From: Nitrosospira multiformis ATCC 25196
GTDB lineage: Bacteria > Pseudomonadota > Gammaproteobacteria > Burkholderiales > Nitrosomonadaceae
Assembly: GCF_000196355.1 (NCBI RefSeq)
Contig: NC_007614.1
Location: 1,920,001 to 1,952,000, forward strand
DNA length: 32,000 nucleotides
Direction: 5' to 3'
Part shown: positions 29,725-32,000 of the stretch, in pieces
How the letters are laid out: the number at the start of each line of letters is the position of its first letter
How positions within the stretch are numbered: the first letter of the stretch is position 1
Made by a program: the position numbers and the translations under genes
Notes under the pieces: generated by a model
The model's database searches: none
What the model was told of the DNA's origin: nothing
The model's input: only the letters and a program-made list of their open reading frames with translations

Positions 29725-32000
29725 ATGAGTCGTTCTCCCTGGCTTATCGTCTTGCTTTACGTCGCTTTATCGACCCTCTGGATGGCCGTTGCGGGCTATC
29801 TGATATCACTCATGCTTGAGGATCCGGCTTTGCGGAGCCGCGCCTATCTGGCAAAGGAACTGGTTCTTATTGCCATTAGCAGTATCCTATTCTATGCATT
29901 GCTTAAACTGGGCAAGGGCGCTACTACTGCCCGCGAAGCCGATGTGACAGCGGCAGACGTCGCAGCTTCGGCTGCGGCAGGTTTCCGGCTGAACCGGTTG
30001 ATGTTGGCGTTCTTCTCGCTGGCGATGATGGCACCCATTATCAGCATAATGATTATAAAGATGTATGGTCCGGAGATAGAGCAAGGGGCCTATGCTGATC
30101 TGCAAACCATCGTGGATCTTAAGGCCGAGCAGATCGAACTCTGGCTTGCTGAACGGCATAACGACGCGGAGGCATTGCTGGCGAACCAGGCGCTTATCGA
30201 GCAAGTAGTCGATCTCAAACGAAGAAGAAACGCGCATGAACTGGAGCTTATCCGTAATCGCCTGGAGGCAGTGCGGCAAGCCTACAGCTACGAGTCAGTG
30301 ATATTGCTTGATGTCGAAAGCCGGCCTCTGCTCGTGTTAGGCGAAAAGCATGAATTGCCACCCATTACCCGCGAATTACTATCTACCGCGTTACGTTCGC
30401 GCCAGATACAGAGTACCGATTTCTTTCTGGATGAAAACGGAAAACCTCTGCTGGATATTGCAGTGCCTCTGGTAGCGGAGACAACAAATAAGGAACCTGG
30501 TGCCATTGTGCTCTTACGAGCGGATCTGGAGCAATTCCTTCTTCCACTCGTCGAGAAGTGGCCCCGTATCAGTTGCAGCGGAGAGATACTGCTTATCACC
30601 CAGAAGAATGAAACCGTCAATTATCTTAATAAATTGCACCGCTTTCAGCGGACACATGGCACACATGGATATCATGCGCTCGCCAGGGACGAACTTGCTA
30701 GCGCCATTGCCACCCGGGACGAAAAACAGGGGACGGTACATGGAATCGATTACCGGGGAGAGCAGGTGCTCGCGGCCTATCGACCCCTTACCGGGACCGG
30801 TTGGCGTTTGCTTGCAAAAATCGACCAGAATGAAGTGCTGGCGCAGCTATGGACTCTTGTATTCTGGATGAGTGCCGTCATTCTCATTGCGGTTACTGCG
30901 GTAAGCGTCGTGCTGCTGCTGTTATGGCGTCAACAGCAACGCGCCCACCAGCTGGCACTGATCATTCACACCGCGGATCAGGATCGCCTTCTCAAGTATT
31001 TCTATGACCTGCCATTCATCGGCATGGCGATTACCTCCCCCGATACCAAACGCTGGTTGCGCTTCAATAATCAGTTTTGCGAGATGATGGGATACTCAAC
31101 TGAGGAGTTGGCAAAAAAAAGCTGGATTGAGATAACTCATCCGGATGATGTCGCTAAAAGTACTGCCGAGCGCGAGCGCATCCTGAAAGGGGAGTCTGAA
31201 GGCTACGCGATGAACAAGCGCTTCATCCGTAAGGATGGCTCGATAATCTTCGCCAATGTGGATGTCAAATGTGTCCGCAGGGATGATGGCACGGTGCATT
31301 ATTTTGTTGCCATGATCCGGGATATTACCGAGCAAGAACGCCGGAAAACCGAGATTCTGGCAGCGCGACGCCAGCTCCAGGCCACGCTCGACGCCATTCC
31401 CGATTTACTGTTCGAGCTTGATGCAGACGGTTGTGTACACGCGTGGCATTCGGTCCGGCGTACCGAGTTTCCGACTGTGTCCGGTGAAAGCCTTGTAGGC
31501 AAAAAGGTCGCGGATTTTCTCCCCACCGGAGCAGTAGATATTATCCTGTCGGCATTGGCGGAGGCACAGGAGAAAGGGCTCTCCTCGGGGAAACAATTGG
31601 AACTTCGCCTTCCCGGCCGGGAAGACAAATGGTGGTTCGAGCTTTCCGTCTCGCGCAAGCATGTCGATTCCGCAGCGGGCCTTCGTTTTATCGTTCTTGC
31701 GCGTGATATTACGGAACGCAAGGCGTCAGAACAAAGAATACTGCATCTGGCGCATTACGATTCGCTCACCGGCCTGCCAAACCGCGCTCTGCTGGCGGAC
31801 CGGATGAGAGTGGCCATCAATCGTGCAGCGCGGCAAGCCAAACGCCTCGCTGTACTGTTCGTGGACCTCGATCGTTTCAAGGCAATCAATGATTCGCTTG
31901 GTCATGACGTTGGCGACCACCTTCTCAAGGTTGTGGCCGAGCGGATGCAAACCTCGATACGCAGCGTAGATACGGTAAGCCGGGTGGGAGGTGACGAATT
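29725..32000 (+). CDS. Membrane sensor diguanylate cyclase (Cache-like periplasmic domain, two PAS domains, GGDEF), 3'-truncated by the window edge
   Basis: Hand translation from the ATG at 29725: MSRSPWLIVLLYVALSTLWMAVAGYLI... The periplasmic segment ends ...DYRGEQVLAAYRPLTGTGWRLLAKIDQNEVLA, followed by a TM helix. PAS-like blocks follow (THPDDV..., ARDITERK). The GGDEF domain reads HYDSLTGLPNR...LFVDLDRFKAINDSLGHDVGD...RVGGDE. The ORF is open-ended, so it is absent from the ORF track. Confidence 0.85.
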   Translation, partial: MSRSPWLIVLLYVALSTLWMAVAGYLISLMLEDPALRSRAYLAKELVLIAISSILFYALLKLGKGATTAREADVTAADVAASAAAGFRLNRLMLAFFSLAMMAPIISIMIIKMYGPEIEQGAYADLQTIVDLKAEQIELWLAERHNDAEALLANQALIEQVVDLKRRRNAHELELIRNRLEAVRQAYSYESVILLDVESRPLLVLGEKHELPPITRELLSTALRSRQIQSTDFFLDENGKPLLDIAVPLVAETTNKEPGAIVLLRADLEQFLLPLVEKWPRISCSGEILLITQKNETVNYLNKLHRFQRTHGTHGYHALARDELASAIATRDEKQGTVHGIDYRGEQVLAAYRPLTGTGWRLLAKIDQNEVLAQLWTLVFWMSAVILIAVTAVSVVLLLLWRQQQRAHQLALIIHTADQDRLLKYFYDLPFIGMAITSPDTKRWLRFNNQFCEMMGYSTEELAKKSWIEITHPDDVAKSTAERERILKGESEGYAMNKRFIRKDGSIIFANVDVKCVRRDDGTVHYFVAMIRDITEQERRKTEILAARRQLQATLDAIPDLLFELDADGCVHAWHSVRRTEFPTVSGESLVGKKVADFLPTGAVDIILSALAEAQEKGLSSGKQLELRLPGREDKWWFELSVSRKHVDSAAGLRFIVLARDITERKASEQRILHLAHYDSLTGLPNRALLADRMRVAINRAARQAKRLAVLFVDLDRFKAINDSLGHDVGDHLLKVVAERMQTSIRSVDTVSRVGGDE

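Overview
A 32-kb bacterial window, roughly 50% GC by eye. The gene content looks proteobacterial, but that is inference only. A tRNA-Asn(GTT) gene at 15662-15737 (minus strand) splits the window into two parts.

LEFT PART (1-15.6 kb): an accessory-looking mosaic.
- A partial USP gene.
- A Tat-exported, Met/Gly-rich multicopper oxidase and a secreted protein with a His-rich tail.
- A complete BigR/SqrR-type sulfide-detoxification cluster: two YeeE/YedE half-proteins, an ArsR-family persulfide-sensor-like repressor, sulfide:quinone oxidoreductase and a TauE/SafE exporter on the minus strand. A persulfide dioxygenase is transcribed divergently across an AT-rich palindromic control region.
- An intact IS5/IS427-group element with a -1 frameshift site.
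- A hydrophobic-N-terminus S51 (cyanophycinase-like) peptidase.
- A divergent pair of K+ channel genes: a 6TM voltage-sensor type with a C-terminal zinc ribbon, and a minimal 2TM type.
- A nest of IS wreckage: an IS30 with perfect 25-bp inverted repeats inserted into the tail of a truncated IS3 copy, followed by a second, internally deleted and frameshifted IS3 copy whose right end is tandemly duplicated.
- A 5'-truncated, frameshifted PD-(D/E)xK (Mrr-like) nuclease relic.

RIGHT PART (15.7-32 kb): low coding density near the tRNA, then ordinary-looking genes.
- Near the tRNA: a 45-aa lipoprotein ORF missing from the track, long hairpins, and two diverged copies of a ~230-bp module carrying DnaA-box clusters.
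- A secreted vanadium-haloperoxidase/PAP2-like protein preceded by an overlapping uORF.
- Homospermidine synthase.
- A 120-aa protein that is 22% His and is built from an internal duplication.
- A solitary Wzz/GNVR polysaccharide-co-polymerase-like membrane protein whose cytoplasmic tail looks like a degenerate tyrosine-recombinase domain. This is my top candidate for something undescribed.
- YgiD-type extradiol dioxygenase.
- A divergent FAD-oxidoreductase / APH-like kinase / atypical HAD unit.
- An orphan secreted protein.
- An open-ended Cache-PAS-PAS-GGDEF sensor gene that is also absent from the ORF track.

I found no rRNA, no CRISPR array and no recognisable complete defence system. All family assignments come from reading motifs in the translations. 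No database search was possible.
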